Notes: a model not told the origin generated them from the letters alone. A stretch of DNA of 54,792 nt from Bacteroidia bacterium (GCA_046330075.1 JAXLTL010000015.1:1-54792); one strand, 5' to 3'; shown: positions 1-10,484, counted from the first letter of the stretch. Program-made: numbers and translations.

Positions 1-566
1 TAATCCAAAAATATGAGCCAAAGTATCAGTTACAGCTATGTTTGAAGCAGTAATAATACCCCCCATCCCACCATTCAGATTTTTATCAAGGATCGTATAA
101 TACACATGCGTAGCTAAGTTCCCCCAGCCGCCGGCACAAGGTCCGGAACTCACAGAGGTTAACTCAGGAATACTATAAATCAACACATACCTGTTGGTGT
201 CATCAGGCCAGGGTAGAAAAAATGAGGAATGGGTTCGATTAAGCCCCATGTGTTGAAGATTTTGTGTCTGAGGTGTTGAAATGATTGCACCTGCAATTTT
301 CTGATACGTTTTATTGTAAACGTTCAATCCATTACTGCTAAAAAGAAAATTACCATGCTCATCCGAAATGCAGGCATTTGAATAATTGAAAGGAATGTGG
401 CCTGAGGTCGTCGAAAACTGTGGACTGCCACCCCCTATAGGAAATTGAACAAATGTATTAAAATATAAAGTTGAATCATGCCCTGATGTGATCAGCCAGT
501 TGATATCATAATCCTGAGCCGAAATGGTCCGGCTCAGGATTAGAAATATCAATATCAATCGTAACC
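1..566 (-). CDS. 5' portion (N-terminal ~188 aa with signal peptide) of a paralog of the 509-aa T9SS-CTD protein at 787..2316; the 3' part lies beyond the window start
   Basis: Minus-strand translation from the ATG (rc of 564..566) reads MKRLRLILIFLILSRTISAQDYDINWLITSG... Nucleotide identity to 1750..2316 is ~94%, rising to ~99% in the last 300 bp. It is absent from the ORF track because no stop codon falls inside the window. Confidence 0.55.
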
Positions 567-740
567 GTTTCATTACTCCAATATCAGCTTCTTAACATAT
601 CTCTTATCATTGGATTCAAACATCAGGAAGTAAATTCCCTTTGCCAATGGTTCAACATTTAAGAGTAATTGATCTGATTCAAATGATGAACTTAGCACCA
701 GCCGGCCTTCCAAAGTTAATAATTTCAGATCAAACTTGGA
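567..740 (-). pseudogene. Remnant of a T9SS C-terminal sorting domain coding segment, a near-exact copy of the last 58 codons of the 2429-aa adhesin with no gene body attached
   Basis: 567..740 is ~99% identical to 2317..2490, which encodes ...KFDLKLLTLEGRLVLSSSFESDQLLLNVEPLAKGIYFLMFESNDKRYVKKLILE*. In this copy the stretch sits directly downstream of the stop of the 787..2316 gene and has no in-frame upstream continuation. Confidence 0.5.
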
Positions 741-786
741 AGGTAATTATGAACCGGTTCTATAAATTGCAACAAGAGCGAACAGT

Positions 787-2316
787 TCACCGCTGCACCA
801 CCACCTTCTTCGCCACCGTGCCTTCGGTACTATGGATGCGTAAAAAGTAAATGCCGTTGCCCATATCGCGTGGTAACTCCACTTCAAAACCGGTTCTGGT
901 TCCTGTTTGCCGGTTGAACAAAATCTGACCTTGCACATTCATCAAAGTAATCACGGCATTGCTTAGAGATCGTTTTGATTGAAGTGTAATATGATCCTTT
1001 GCCGGGTTGGGGTACAAACTCACTTCCTCCGCTTGTAACTCGTGAACAGCGGTAAGGCTATCGCAGATACTACCTGTTACCGGACCAAGGCGGTAGTTAG
1101 GCATATGCGGCAAAGCACCGGAATGCGCTGTTGGAAGCACAATGGTGTTGTATTCCATGTGACAAATGGTGTCTAAACTATCCGGAAAATTAATGACAGA
1201 TAAATTGCAGGGATAACAATGTCCGAAATAAATTTTACCATCCGGTGCAAGCTTAGGGAAACACGCAGCACAACCTGAACCGAACGATTGATTTGTGCAT
1301 GTGACGGTATCCACAATCGGGTCAACAAGTAAACGACTGGCAAAGACCCCGCCCGGCTGATTCCATTTTGTTAAATCATACTGAGCGGTTTTTGACCCTT
1401 GATTACTAGCTGCACGATATAAAATTTCCGAATTTGGTGAAAATGCAGAATACGCATCACCTACCCAAGGTGTTCGCAACGAAGTAGTGTCGAAAAATAT
1501 ACCACTACATCTATCAAATTTGTATAAATAACATACCGTATCATTTATAATATTATACATATAATTCCCGTTATTCGAGAAACCGGAAATAGCAGCATCA
1601 CTGACTGTTATTACCGGACCGGCAAATATTTTGCCTGTAAACTGAATTCCACCCGGAGTCAATAAAAACCTGTCATAGCCATTGGTGCACCGTTCTTTGG
1701 CAAATATCCACCAATCTCTTCCATTCGCGTGTTTACACGCGATTAAACCGAATGCATGGGCCAAAGTATCGGTAACAGCTATGTTTGAAGCAGTAATAAT
1801 ACCCCCCATCCCACCATTCAGATTCTTATCTAGGACAGTATAATACACATGCGTAGCTAAATTACCCCAGCCACCAGCACAAGGTCCGGAACTCACAGAA
1901 GTTAACTCAGGAATACTATAAATCAACACATACCTGTTGGTGTCATCAGGCCAGGGCAGGAAAAATGAGGAATGGGGACGATTAAGCCCCATGTTTTGAA
2001 GACTTTGTGTTTGGGGTGTTGAAATGATTGCACCTGCAATTTTCTGATACGTTTTATTGTAAACGTTCAATCCATTACTGCTAAAAAGAAAATTACCATG
2101 TTCATCCGAAATACACGCATTTGAATAAGTGAAGGGAATATGACCTGAGGTCGTCGTAAACTGTGGACTGCCTCCGCCTATAGGAAAGTGAACAAATGTA
2201 TTAAAATATAAAGTTGAATCATGCCCTGATGTGATCAGCCAGTTGATATCATAATCCTGAGCCGAAATGGTCCGGCTCAGGATTAGAAATATCAATATCA
2301 ATCGTAACCGTTGCAT
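787..2316 (-). CDS. Secreted protein of unknown function with a T9SS (Por) C-terminal sorting domain
   Basis: 509-aa ORF. N-terminal signal peptide MQRLRLILIFLILSRTISAQ. C-terminus ...LYPNPAKDHITLQ...GIYFLRIHSTEGTVAKKVVVQR is a typical type-A CTD. The start codon overlaps the stop of the upstream adhesin gene (TAATG), indicating translational coupling. Confidence 0.8.
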   Translation of the reverse strand: MQRLRLILIFLILSRTISAQDYDINWLITSGHDSTLYFNTFVHFPIGGGSPQFTTTSGHIPFTYSNACISDEHGNFLFSSNGLNVYNKTYQKIAGAIISTPQTQSLQNMGLNRPHSSFFLPWPDDTNRYVLIYSIPELTSVSSGPCAGGWGNLATHVYYTVLDKNLNGGMGGIITASNIAVTDTLAHAFGLIACKHANGRDWWIFAKERCTNGYDRFLLTPGGIQFTGKIFAGPVITVSDAAISGFSNNGNYMYNIINDTVCYLYKFDRCSGIFFDTTSLRTPWVGDAYSAFSPNSEILYRAASNQGSKTAQYDLTKWNQPGGVFASRLLVDPIVDTVTCTNQSFGSGCAACFPKLAPDGKIYFGHCYPCNLSVINFPDSLDTICHMEYNTIVLPTAHSGALPHMPNYRLGPVTGSICDSLTAVHELQAEEVSLYPNPAKDHITLQSKRSLSNAVITLMNVQGQILFNRQTGTRTGFEVELPRDMGNGIYFLRIHSTEGTVAKKVVVQR

Positions 2317-5300
2317 TACTCCAATATCAGCTTCTTAACATATCTCTTATCATTGGATTCAAACATCAGGAAGTAAATTCCCTTTGCCAATGGTTCAACA
2401 TTTAAGAGTAATTGATCTGATTCAAATGATGAACTTAGTACCAGCCGGCCTTCCAAAGTTAATAATTTCAGATCAAACTTGGAAGCTACAGCTGATTTTT
2501 TTACGATCAGTACACTATTACGGGCAGGATTGGGAATTAACCGGAACTCATCCTGTACGACAGGACCCGCTTTTGCAGGCTGAACTATCCGAGCACCACC
2601 ACCACAGCCGGATACGTCATCAATCAAAGTATCAGTTAAAGACTCATACAATGATCTGATGTACCCCACTGCATGACCATACTCAGAAAGGCATAGCGAA
2701 GCATAATTGCTCATAGCAAGGCTATCATCAACGGTCAAGTCGGTTTGTACCCCGAGGCTATACTTTATAATCAGTAACATAATTTGTTTTTCAATACTTC
2801 CCAATTCAGTTGCAGGTTGAAAGCTGGAATACAAATCCGTTAGTTCTGTTTTACGAGCGCTATCTAAAATATTGATGTCTTCCAACAGTGCCAGCTTCTC
2901 ATTTTGTTTATCATATACGAAAGTTTTGATCGCTTCGGTTTCTAAAGCTACTGCAATACTGTCATTGGTTGACAACCCGGAATTCAATAAGCTGTCATTA
3001 TAATAGGATAAATCCAATGCAGAATCTAAATCGTTTTCAATGGTTTCAATTTCGCTCCAATAGAAAGAGGCAACCGTATCTACTTGCCCGAAATGTTCAA
3101 ACAAATAGGCTAACTGCACTTCGTCCAACTCCTGATTATTATTCCAGAAATTAATGATAATCGAGTCTTCTTCCAACATATTCGGATTTGCCAGGATCTT
3201 ATCTGCTAAATACCTTCTGAATTGCCAACGTGTTGACGCTTCTGTTGACGACCAGTTAGCGCTATCTGCGACAAATCTGTCTCCATCATTTACTAAAGGG
3301 GGAGTATACGAGGTGCCCCAACAGCCGGGGTCGTTTGACAATGTACCAGAGCTGAATGAAATATTTGGTCCATTTATCTGAGCAAAGGAAGGCTGAGAGA
3401 CACATCCACCATTGATATTAGCATTTTGCGACCAGTTTGCGAAACTAGTCAATCCCACCGAATTAATCCACCAATTCGTGAAATTGCCACACCACCAGTT
3501 CCAGGGTTCTCCCCGTTGCAAGGAGGCATTTTCCAAACGAAGACCGACTCCTCCATCATTCATATAATTAGAGGCCCAATCAATATCAGTATTGCTATTT
3601 ATGAGATAGAAATCCCTCTGAAAGTTATTTATCACGTTGCATGACATTGTATTTATTTCAAAATCGTCAAGAGCACTATTTACCAATCGAATGCCGTTTG
3701 AATTCGTGTTTAAATTTGTCTCCTCAATTGTATTTAAACTAACGTTATAATCCATTACTGAATTTAACGTAATACCATTGACAGCGGTCGTACCTGATCC
3801 TACCTTATTGGTAATTCTATTACCTGCGGCTCCAAACCAATTGTTCCCCAACACTCTTATACCATGCTTATAGCTATAATCCATCTCGATTTCATTGTTG
3901 GAAAAACTACAACCCTTTAGTGGGAAATATAAATCAGTATTATTAATGCCTCCTCCAAAAACATAATTACCAGGAATGGCTTTTATTTTGTTTCCGTCAA
4001 TGGCAGTATGATGATTGACATTGTGCTTCACTTCCAACCAAACACCAAATTGTGCGGCAAAAATTTCGTTATTGTTAACTACACATTTAAATTGTGGGAA
4101 TGAAGTTGGCGGGTCAACTAACAAAACTCCGATTTTGCTGCAATCAGCAATTCGGCTTTCGTTAAACTCCAACTGAGCATCATTGCTTTTAACCCCAATA
4201 CGACAACCGTCTATTGAACATTTTTGCAACCCAGGACCGCCGATTTCAGCATTATATCCTGCACCAAAGCTTATTATACCGATTTGCCTTTCTAAATCAC
4301 CCGGATTGCATGGCAACACCCCTAAATCGTTGATATTCGTATTTACTACTCTTAAATTAGTGTTCTCGGATTTAATTCCAATCGATACATCATCTATCGT
4401 AGTTTCCATATTGTAATTGTTCGCACCAATCAGAATTACACCGGCATTCCTTAAATTGATACCACAATATGGAATATCGTTTGCCCCAGTACAGGTACGC
4501 GGTGATTGGCCATTGAAATCAACATAGCTTGCAAATTGGTTATTATTTATAGTAGTATTATTGAAAATTCTTGCAAAATAGCTTAACTGGGTCGCCTGTA
4601 ATGAAATATAGTTATCTGTTAATTCAGATCCTTTGGAAATTTTATAACCACCATTACCTTTAATATCAATGGCATACTGAGCACCGATAATTTTTGAATT
4701 ATCAACTTCAATAAATCCTTCATCAACTGTAATACCTTTCCAAAATACGCTGCAAGGTTGTATTGTTGAATTTTCTAATTTCAAACTACTCCACGGACTA
4801 ATATATATTTCCGAACCAGCGTCCATAACAACATTGGCACCCGACCACACTACCCCCAAGGTATTGACCGTATATTTACCGTGTATAACCAAAGTAGAGT
4901 TAGGAGGCAGAGCACCCGTTGAAGATGAAGAAGTATTCGACCATGAGTAATCAGCTTCTGGTTCAAGGCAGATACAACCATTTACAGGGAAAAGGGATGA
5001 ACTAGTACACCCATAGGTATTTGTTGTAATTACCTGAAGAATGTAATTTGAAGCAGTACCGGAAAATACAGGGTAAGTAATTGCAGCACTTGTACCCGGA
5101 GGGGCTGATGTAATTAAATTAGTTGTGACAATCGTCAATGGACTTTGAATATTCCATCCAAAAGGGGCTGCGATGCTTGACCAGGTATAAGTATATCCCG
5201 GATTAGGGTTGGAAATGGTGTAAAGCAAATTAACTCCGCCATTCTCGCAAGCTGAAGTTGTTCCTATTATAGTAGCTGGGGGTGGATTGTTCGCTTTCGT

Positions 5301-8300
5301 TATATTGATAAATGAACTAATTGTGCAATTGTTCGCATCAGTCACTGTTACTGTGTATGTACCATTGGTATTAACCACTAGCGTTGATGAAGTACTTCCA
5401 TTATTCCATTGAAATGAATAAGGTGCAGATCCGTTTGAAACACTTGCTGTAATTGTTGAACTTGAACCCTCGCATATCGCAGCCGGTGAAGCGGATAAAC
5501 TGAGGCTTAGCTGAGAATCAGCCACAGTCACACTTGCAGATGCCGTACATCCATTGGCATCGGTAACTGTAGCAGAATATGTACCGTTATTCAAAGCCTG
5601 GATCGAAGAATTCGTAGATCCTCCATTCCATTGAAAATTGTACGGAGACGTACCATTACTTGGATTGGCAGTAAGTGTAATTGGTGTAGAGCCACTACAA
5701 TAAGTGAAGGAGCCTGTTGAACTAGTAATATTCAAACCAACCTGAGGATATACGCCAATTACCTGACTATATTGTGCAGTACAACCGTGCGAATCCGTAA
5801 TGGTGACTGTATATGTTCCAGAAGATGTAACCTGAATTGAGTTCGAAGTAGAAGCCGACGCTGACCATGTATAGGTAAACGGACCATCGCCTGTTACGTT
5901 ATCTGCCAATAATGTTACAGCGCCGCCATTAGCGCATATTTGATTAGCCGGAGAAGCAGTCAGCGTCGCTTGAACTTGAGGGTAATTGTTAACGGTAATC
6001 GTACTATTACCAGAACAACCAGCATTGTCAGTAACTGTTACGGTATAGGTTCCCGCTGAGGAAACGGAAATGGAAGAAGTTGTAGCGTTTGTATTCCATA
6101 GATATGTATAGGGAATAATTCCGCCGCTTGGTATGGATGTCAATGTTACATTACCAGTTTGGCCTGAACAGAAGCCGGAAGGGTTTGCAGTAATCGGACA
6201 AGATAAAGAGCCATTGTTTGGATTGACAGTAAAATCATAAGTATAAAAAAACAATGTCGTGTTTTGTGTTCCATTAACCATTAGTTCAAGTGTAAATACT
6301 GTTGGAACAGTTGGATTAACGATGGGTGAGTTATCATAACTTTGTCCAAACCCGTTAAATCCTGGCCCAGTATACGTAGGACTAGAGGACCAATTCGTAG
6401 TAAATGAAACTAATGGATTAGGCCCTTGGATATATGGGGCAATACATGGTGAATTCAGATCAATGCCATACAACTGTGTGCCACAAGCCAAAGAAGTTGG
6501 TTGAGGTTTATCATACAATTTCACCAATTCAACATCGTCAATGTACACTCCTTTTACAATGGGATCGGGAAAATCTGCAGTAATTCCTATTCGATTATAC
6601 AATGTAGGATTCGAAAGTAAATTTGTGCTTAAAATTCCGACAGATTGCTTCCAAACTCCCGGTAAATAATTTGTATTTGAAAAAGGTATTGTTGCAAGTT
6701 GTTCACTGCCTTTTGGCCCGCCGAAAGGAAGCAGTGCTGAAACACAAAAACCACCATTTGTTAGGTTATTTCCACAATCAGTATTTGAATGCCAGATTGA
6801 TAGAACATATGGCAGAATCTCAAAATTCCCATCTATTTCTCCTTCTGCTTCCTCTCCATCTAAGACATGTATGTGATTTTCCGAACCAACAGTTCGTACA
6901 TTGGTTGATGACCCAACATGATTAATTGGAATGCCTGTCCATCCAGGCAGATTCTGGCATGGTACTGGACCGCTTACCGCGCCATTGACATCTAAATAAT
7001 CAGGAGTATTTTGATTCCCAATCGTACAAGTATTGTCCGCAAAACTTTCTGCAGACCAGCAATCACAATAATAATCCGTAATTCCATTCGTACCCAATGG
7101 CATCACGCCATTCTCGAACCCTGAATTCTTTATTAAATTACATATGGTCGCCTGACTGGTGCAGGTATATGGCAATAACATCGAAATCCTTGTATATGAA
7201 GACAAGACACCAAAAAGATTGTTACTCGTATTTTCAATGTTTAATCCGGATGGGCTTATTAGCTGGCATCTACCTCCTAGTAAATTGTCAATGTTGAAGT
7301 TTTGACCGAATAGAATTCCTCGATAGTTGAAACCCTCTGCTAGAGTGGAATTGGAAGTTAAAATAAAAATGATATTCTTTGGTCTGACATCTTTATGGCG
7401 AATTATAAATTTGTATGATAAATACACATCTTGATTACATATAAGAATAAATTTATCAGTGGAATCTCCATCTAAAAAAAGCTCTCCATCTAATGTATCA
7501 GCGCCTGTAATTAAATATTTTCCTGCGGTAATTAAGTGAAAGTCGTTGTTTAATATAAGTGTAGAGTCATAGGAGAGTGTATTTACTTGTTCCAGTACAC
7601 TATAAAAATCCGATATTGCTGCTGTATATTTAGCATGATTTAATTGAAACACTGAATCTCCTAGAACCTTAGACCCAACAGTTCCATATGCACCAATTGA
7701 TCCAAATACAAGTACGGTATCTACTGAGCTAATATTACCACCACATAGGATTCCAAATTCTTCAAAATTCCCAGATATTGAAATTGAATCTAAATTCATA
7801 ACATTACCAATGCCAGCTATAGTAAAATAATTTTCATTTCCTGAAGTTGAAGACATAATACTACCATTCAAAGATGAGCCATTTATAGATGATGTGCCTT
7901 TGTTAATCCATGAAGCACCATTCCAGGCAGAAACAACTTTGTTGGAGTTAGATTGGAGATTACGACTTGACATGTCCCAAGATAAAGAAACGGTATAGGT
8001 TTGCCCTGAAACACCACCTGTCAATTTCCAATATTCATTTGAACAAATTCCTGTAATTCCACCCGTCACCGAATCGCCTAATAATTGACCTTGGTCAAAG
8101 TATTCTGCTATAAATTGATTTGCTGGATTACTTGTAGAAGAAATGCCGAACTTCATGTATCTTCCATTCTTGCCTACGGGAAATTCAAAAGCTGTATTCC
8201 CTATTTTTTTAACTGGTCCATCAATATAACTTGCGCTACTACCTCCGGAAACCACTACTCCATTCTTAATGGTCAGATAATTAATTGTATCAGTATAAAG

Positions 8301-9605
8301 AATACCAGACGTTAAGTTTAGCAGGCTATCGATTGTCACAGACTTGTTACAAGTAATGCCTGATGAAGTCTTATTCATTAACAGTTTGCCGAAAGAGTAA
8401 TTTGCAGAACCGTTAAGTGTTTGCGAGGTACCTCCAACAAATCGCGTATACCCAGTCCCGCTGTTAAAATTCGCCTTCGTATTATTGATTGAAATGCTTC
8501 CGTAAATATCTGTTGTATCAGCATACGCAAGTTGGATATAGCCTGTTGTGGTATTACATGTAATATCCTTTTCAAAAATATCTCCATTAGTAGAGGCCAT
8601 TCTCATGGCTGCTGTATTGGTGGCATTGTTGGTGAAAGTTACATTTTCATAAAAATGATTTCCGCCTGCTGCAATATCCGTAGAGCTACCCGTTTTGGTA
8701 AAGCTGCACTGCCCATGAAAACTTGAAGTGGAAAGCAGGTTATTGGTGGCCGTAACCGTAAGGTTGCCATTAAAAGTAGAGTTCACCATATTGAAAACAC
8801 CCGAGAAACTTAATGTTTGAGCAGTGTTTCCGTATTGAGTAAAGTTCTTTAAAAGCAAGGTGCCTACCAAACCTGCACTTCCGATATTGATGGTTTTTCC
8901 GGATGCCAAATAGGTCGCTCCATTCAAAACTCCAAATGTTAATCCTGAAACCGTTGTTGCGCTTATTGTCATGTTCCCATTGAAATAACAGTTGGCTCCT
9001 CCGGATATCTGAATGGCAGCAGCTCCACTTGCTCCTGCATTTGCAATGATTACATCATCATTGAAGGTATCATTGTACGTACTGGCAATTTTAAATACAG
9101 AAGTCCCGGTGTTTTTTAAGGTGGTTGGTCCATTAAATGTATTCCCTCCGGTTCCCGTTCCGGCAGCGGAGCCAATATGTTCAAAGTATGCTGTAGAGTT
9201 AAATGTACTTCCATTTAACTTGATTTGTCCCTTCGCTTTCACCTCTGCGCCAAATGTGGTTCCGGCAAAACTTAACAATCCGGTGGCTTGTGGATAGCAG
9301 ACACCATTTGTGATGAGTCCTCCATTAAACCCGGCAGTACCTGTAATTTCAAGTGTATCACCACCTAAATTCAAGGTGTCGTTGGTCATAGTAAGTCGTT
9401 TCACCGTTTTCTTTCCGGTGAGCACCAAACTGGTAGTTGTGGTATTAATGATGATGGAATCCGAAGTTCCGGGAACACCATTAGGGCTCCAGTTCGTGCT
9501 TACAGACCAACTAGAGCTGGTCGTGCCGGTCCAGGTGTAGTTTCCGGCAAAGGCTGTGGCAGACAATAGCATGCATACCACAAAAAATCTCATGAGATTT
9601 TTCAT
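2316..9605 (-). CDS. Giant (2429 aa) T9SS-secreted adhesin-like protein: signal peptide, right-handed beta-helix-like N-rich repeats, at least 4 SprB-type repeats (G..PY.Y.W ... GTYTVTVTDANGCT), acidic coiled region, type-A CTD
   Basis: N-terminal MKNLMRFFVVCMLLSATAFAG. Repeated units SGGIIPYTYLWN..GTYTVTVTDNAGCSG, GDGPFTYTWS..GTYTVTITDSHGCTA, NGTSPYNFQWN..GTYSATVTDANGCTA and NGSAPYSFQWN..GTYTVTVTDANNCT match the SprB-repeat family found in gliding-motility adhesins. C-terminus KGIYFLMFESNDKRYVKKLILE is a CTD. Confidence 0.85.
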   Translation of the reverse strand: MKNLMRFFVVCMLLSATAFAGNYTWTGTTSSSWSVSTNWSPNGVPGTSDSIIINTTTTSLVLTGKKTVKRLTMTNDTLNLGGDTLEITGTAGFNGGLITNGVCYPQATGLLSFAGTTFGAEVKAKGQIKLNGSTFNSTAYFEHIGSAAGTGTGGNTFNGPTTLKNTGTSVFKIASTYNDTFNDDVIIANAGASGAAAIQISGGANCYFNGNMTISATTVSGLTFGVLNGATYLASGKTINIGSAGLVGTLLLKNFTQYGNTAQTLSFSGVFNMVNSTFNGNLTVTATNNLLSTSSFHGQCSFTKTGSSTDIAAGGNHFYENVTFTNNATNTAAMRMASTNGDIFEKDITCNTTTGYIQLAYADTTDIYGSISINNTKANFNSGTGYTRFVGGTSQTLNGSANYSFGKLLMNKTSSGITCNKSVTIDSLLNLTSGILYTDTINYLTIKNGVVVSGGSSASYIDGPVKKIGNTAFEFPVGKNGRYMKFGISSTSNPANQFIAEYFDQGQLLGDSVTGGITGICSNEYWKLTGGVSGQTYTVSLSWDMSSRNLQSNSNKVVSAWNGASWINKGTSSINGSSLNGSIMSSTSGNENYFTIAGIGNVMNLDSISISGNFEEFGILCGGNISSVDTVLVFGSIGAYGTVGSKVLGDSVFQLNHAKYTAAISDFYSVLEQVNTLSYDSTLILNNDFHLITAGKYLITGADTLDGELFLDGDSTDKFILICNQDVYLSYKFIIRHKDVRPKNIIFILTSNSTLAEGFNYRGILFGQNFNIDNLLGGRCQLISPSGLNIENTSNNLFGVLSSYTRISMLLPYTCTSQATICNLIKNSGFENGVMPLGTNGITDYYCDCWSAESFADNTCTIGNQNTPDYLDVNGAVSGPVPCQNLPGWTGIPINHVGSSTNVRTVGSENHIHVLDGEEAEGEIDGNFEILPYVLSIWHSNTDCGNNLTNGGFCVSALLPFGGPKGSEQLATIPFSNTNYLPGVWKQSVGILSTNLLSNPTLYNRIGITADFPDPIVKGVYIDDVELVKLYDKPQPTSLACGTQLYGIDLNSPCIAPYIQGPNPLVSFTTNWSSSPTYTGPGFNGFGQSYDNSPIVNPTVPTVFTLELMVNGTQNTTLFFYTYDFTVNPNNGSLSCPITANPSGFCSGQTGNVTLTSIPSGGIIPYTYLWNTNATTSSISVSSAGTYTVTVTDNAGCSGNSTITVNNYPQVQATLTASPANQICANGGAVTLLADNVTGDGPFTYTWSASASTSNSIQVTSSGTYTVTITDSHGCTAQYSQVIGVYPQVGLNITSSTGSFTYCSGSTPITLTANPSNGTSPYNFQWNGGSTNSSIQALNNGTYSATVTDANGCTASASVTVADSQLSLSLSASPAAICEGSSSTITASVSNGSAPYSFQWNNGSTSSTLVVNTNGTYTVTVTDANNCTISSFINITKANNPPPATIIGTTSACENGGVNLLYTISNPNPGYTYTWSSIAAPFGWNIQSPLTIVTTNLITSAPPGTSAAITYPVFSGTASNYILQVITTNTYGCTSSSLFPVNGCICLEPEADYSWSNTSSSSTGALPPNSTLVIHGKYTVNTLGVVWSGANVVMDAGSEIYISPWSSLKLENSTIQPCSVFWKGITVDEGFIEVDNSKIIGAQYAIDIKGNGGYKISKGSELTDNYISLQATQLSYFARIFNNTTINNNQFASYVDFNGQSPRTCTGANDIPYCGINLRNAGVILIGANNYNMETTIDDVSIGIKSENTNLRVVNTNINDLGVLPCNPGDLERQIGIISFGAGYNAEIGGPGLQKCSIDGCRIGVKSNDAQLEFNESRIADCSKIGVLLVDPPTSFPQFKCVVNNNEIFAAQFGVWLEVKHNVNHHTAIDGNKIKAIPGNYVFGGGINNTDLYFPLKGCSFSNNEIEMDYSYKHGIRVLGNNWFGAAGNRITNKVGSGTTAVNGITLNSVMDYNVSLNTIEETNLNTNSNGIRLVNSALDDFEINTMSCNVINNFQRDFYLINSNTDIDWASNYMNDGGVGLRLENASLQRGEPWNWWCGNFTNWWINSVGLTSFANWSQNANINGGCVSQPSFAQINGPNISFSSGTLSNDPGCWGTSYTPPLVNDGDRFVADSANWSSTEASTRWQFRRYLADKILANPNMLEEDSIIINFWNNNQELDEVQLAYLFEHFGQVDTVASFYWSEIETIENDLDSALDLSYYNDSLLNSGLSTNDSIAVALETEAIKTFVYDKQNEKLALLEDINILDSARKTELTDLYSSFQPATELGSIEKQIMLLIIKYSLGVQTDLTVDDSLAMSNYASLCLSEYGHAVGYIRSLYESLTDTLIDDVSGCGGGARIVQPAKAGPVVQDEFRLIPNPARNSVLIVKKSAVASKFDLKLLTLEGRLVLSSSFESDQLLLNVEPLAKGIYFLMFESNDKRYVKKLILE

Positions 9606-9637
9606 AGAAATAAGAAGATTAAAGATTGGTTGGTAGG

Positions 9638-10027
9638 TTAGTTGGAGATAAAGGAGAAATAGTCGGTAAATTGCCCATTGGACAACTTCAATCGTACACC
9701 TCCAAAATAAGTCGGGAGCTCGGAAATAGTACCTGCTTCTAAATACACGGAATTACCAATTCTGGTAAAGGCTAGCCCGTTAGAAAGTCCAACGGTTTGA
9801 TCAAATACAAATGCATGGCTCAATACATCGGCAGCACCATCAGTTGTACCTACGCGAACTTCAATCTGATCAATTTGAGTAGAGTCGGTTAATTGAATAA
9901 TAAAACTACTCAAATTAACCCCTGGGGAGGCATCAGGTCTCGTCTTAAACGAGACATCTTGTACCGTCTGTGCGGATACAATTGCTGTGATTAGCTGAAA
10001 AACTGCTAAGGCAAAAATTCTTTTCAT
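9638..10027 (-). CDS. Small secreted hypothetical protein, first gene of the adhesin operon
   Basis: 129-aa ORF with signal peptide MKRIFALAVFQLITAIVSAQ. Lies 32 bp upstream of the adhesin start on the same strand. Confidence 0.6.
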   Translation of the reverse strand: MKRIFALAVFQLITAIVSAQTVQDVSFKTRPDASPGVNLSSFIIQLTDSTQIDQIEVRVGTTDGAADVLSHAFVFDQTVGLSNGLAFTRIGNSVYLEAGTISELPTYFGGVRLKLSNGQFTDYFSFISN

Positions 10028-10398
10028 GGCATGTATGTTTAAAGGTTAGAAATCGCATTTAGGTACTTGAACCACTTTCCGGTGAACCGGAGTATTTCGC
10101 CTGCAGTTAAAACTTAAACACTAACCTTTTTCAAAATCGTATATCGTACTTGCAGCATTCACTATCCTGACTCAACGCATCTGCAAATGCCTATACAGTT
10201 ATCACAACTGAAAAGTAATACGGAGCCAATGTGATTAAAAGAGTATTTTCAGGGGGTTGGGGGGGGGTATTTTTAGGGGGCTATAAATGACCGTTTGGAA
10301 AAAACTGAATAATAAGATTTGAGTCCTTATTGAAGTAAAATCATTCAGGAAAAATTTACAACTGAAAATTGTTTGCATCTCTAGCTGAAGTACACAGA

Positions 10399-10432
10399 TA
10401 AAAAAACAACGCCGGAATTTCTTCCGGCGTTG
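10399..10432 (-). terminator. Rho-independent terminator of rpoD
   Basis: On the minus strand: stem AACGCCGGAA, loop GAAA, stem TTCCGGCGTT, followed by a T7 run. It sits 50 bp past the rpoD stop. Confidence 0.65.
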
Positions 10433-10484
10433 TTTCATTGAAGGGTTTTATTATCCGCCGTTGGGCAAATAATATTTTTATCAA

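Noticed and set aside
10235-10438. 67-aa minus-strand ORF spanning the poly-G block
   Set aside because: Low-complexity translation (PPPNPLK from the C/G tracts) in the rpoD terminator / operon promoter region; not protein-like.
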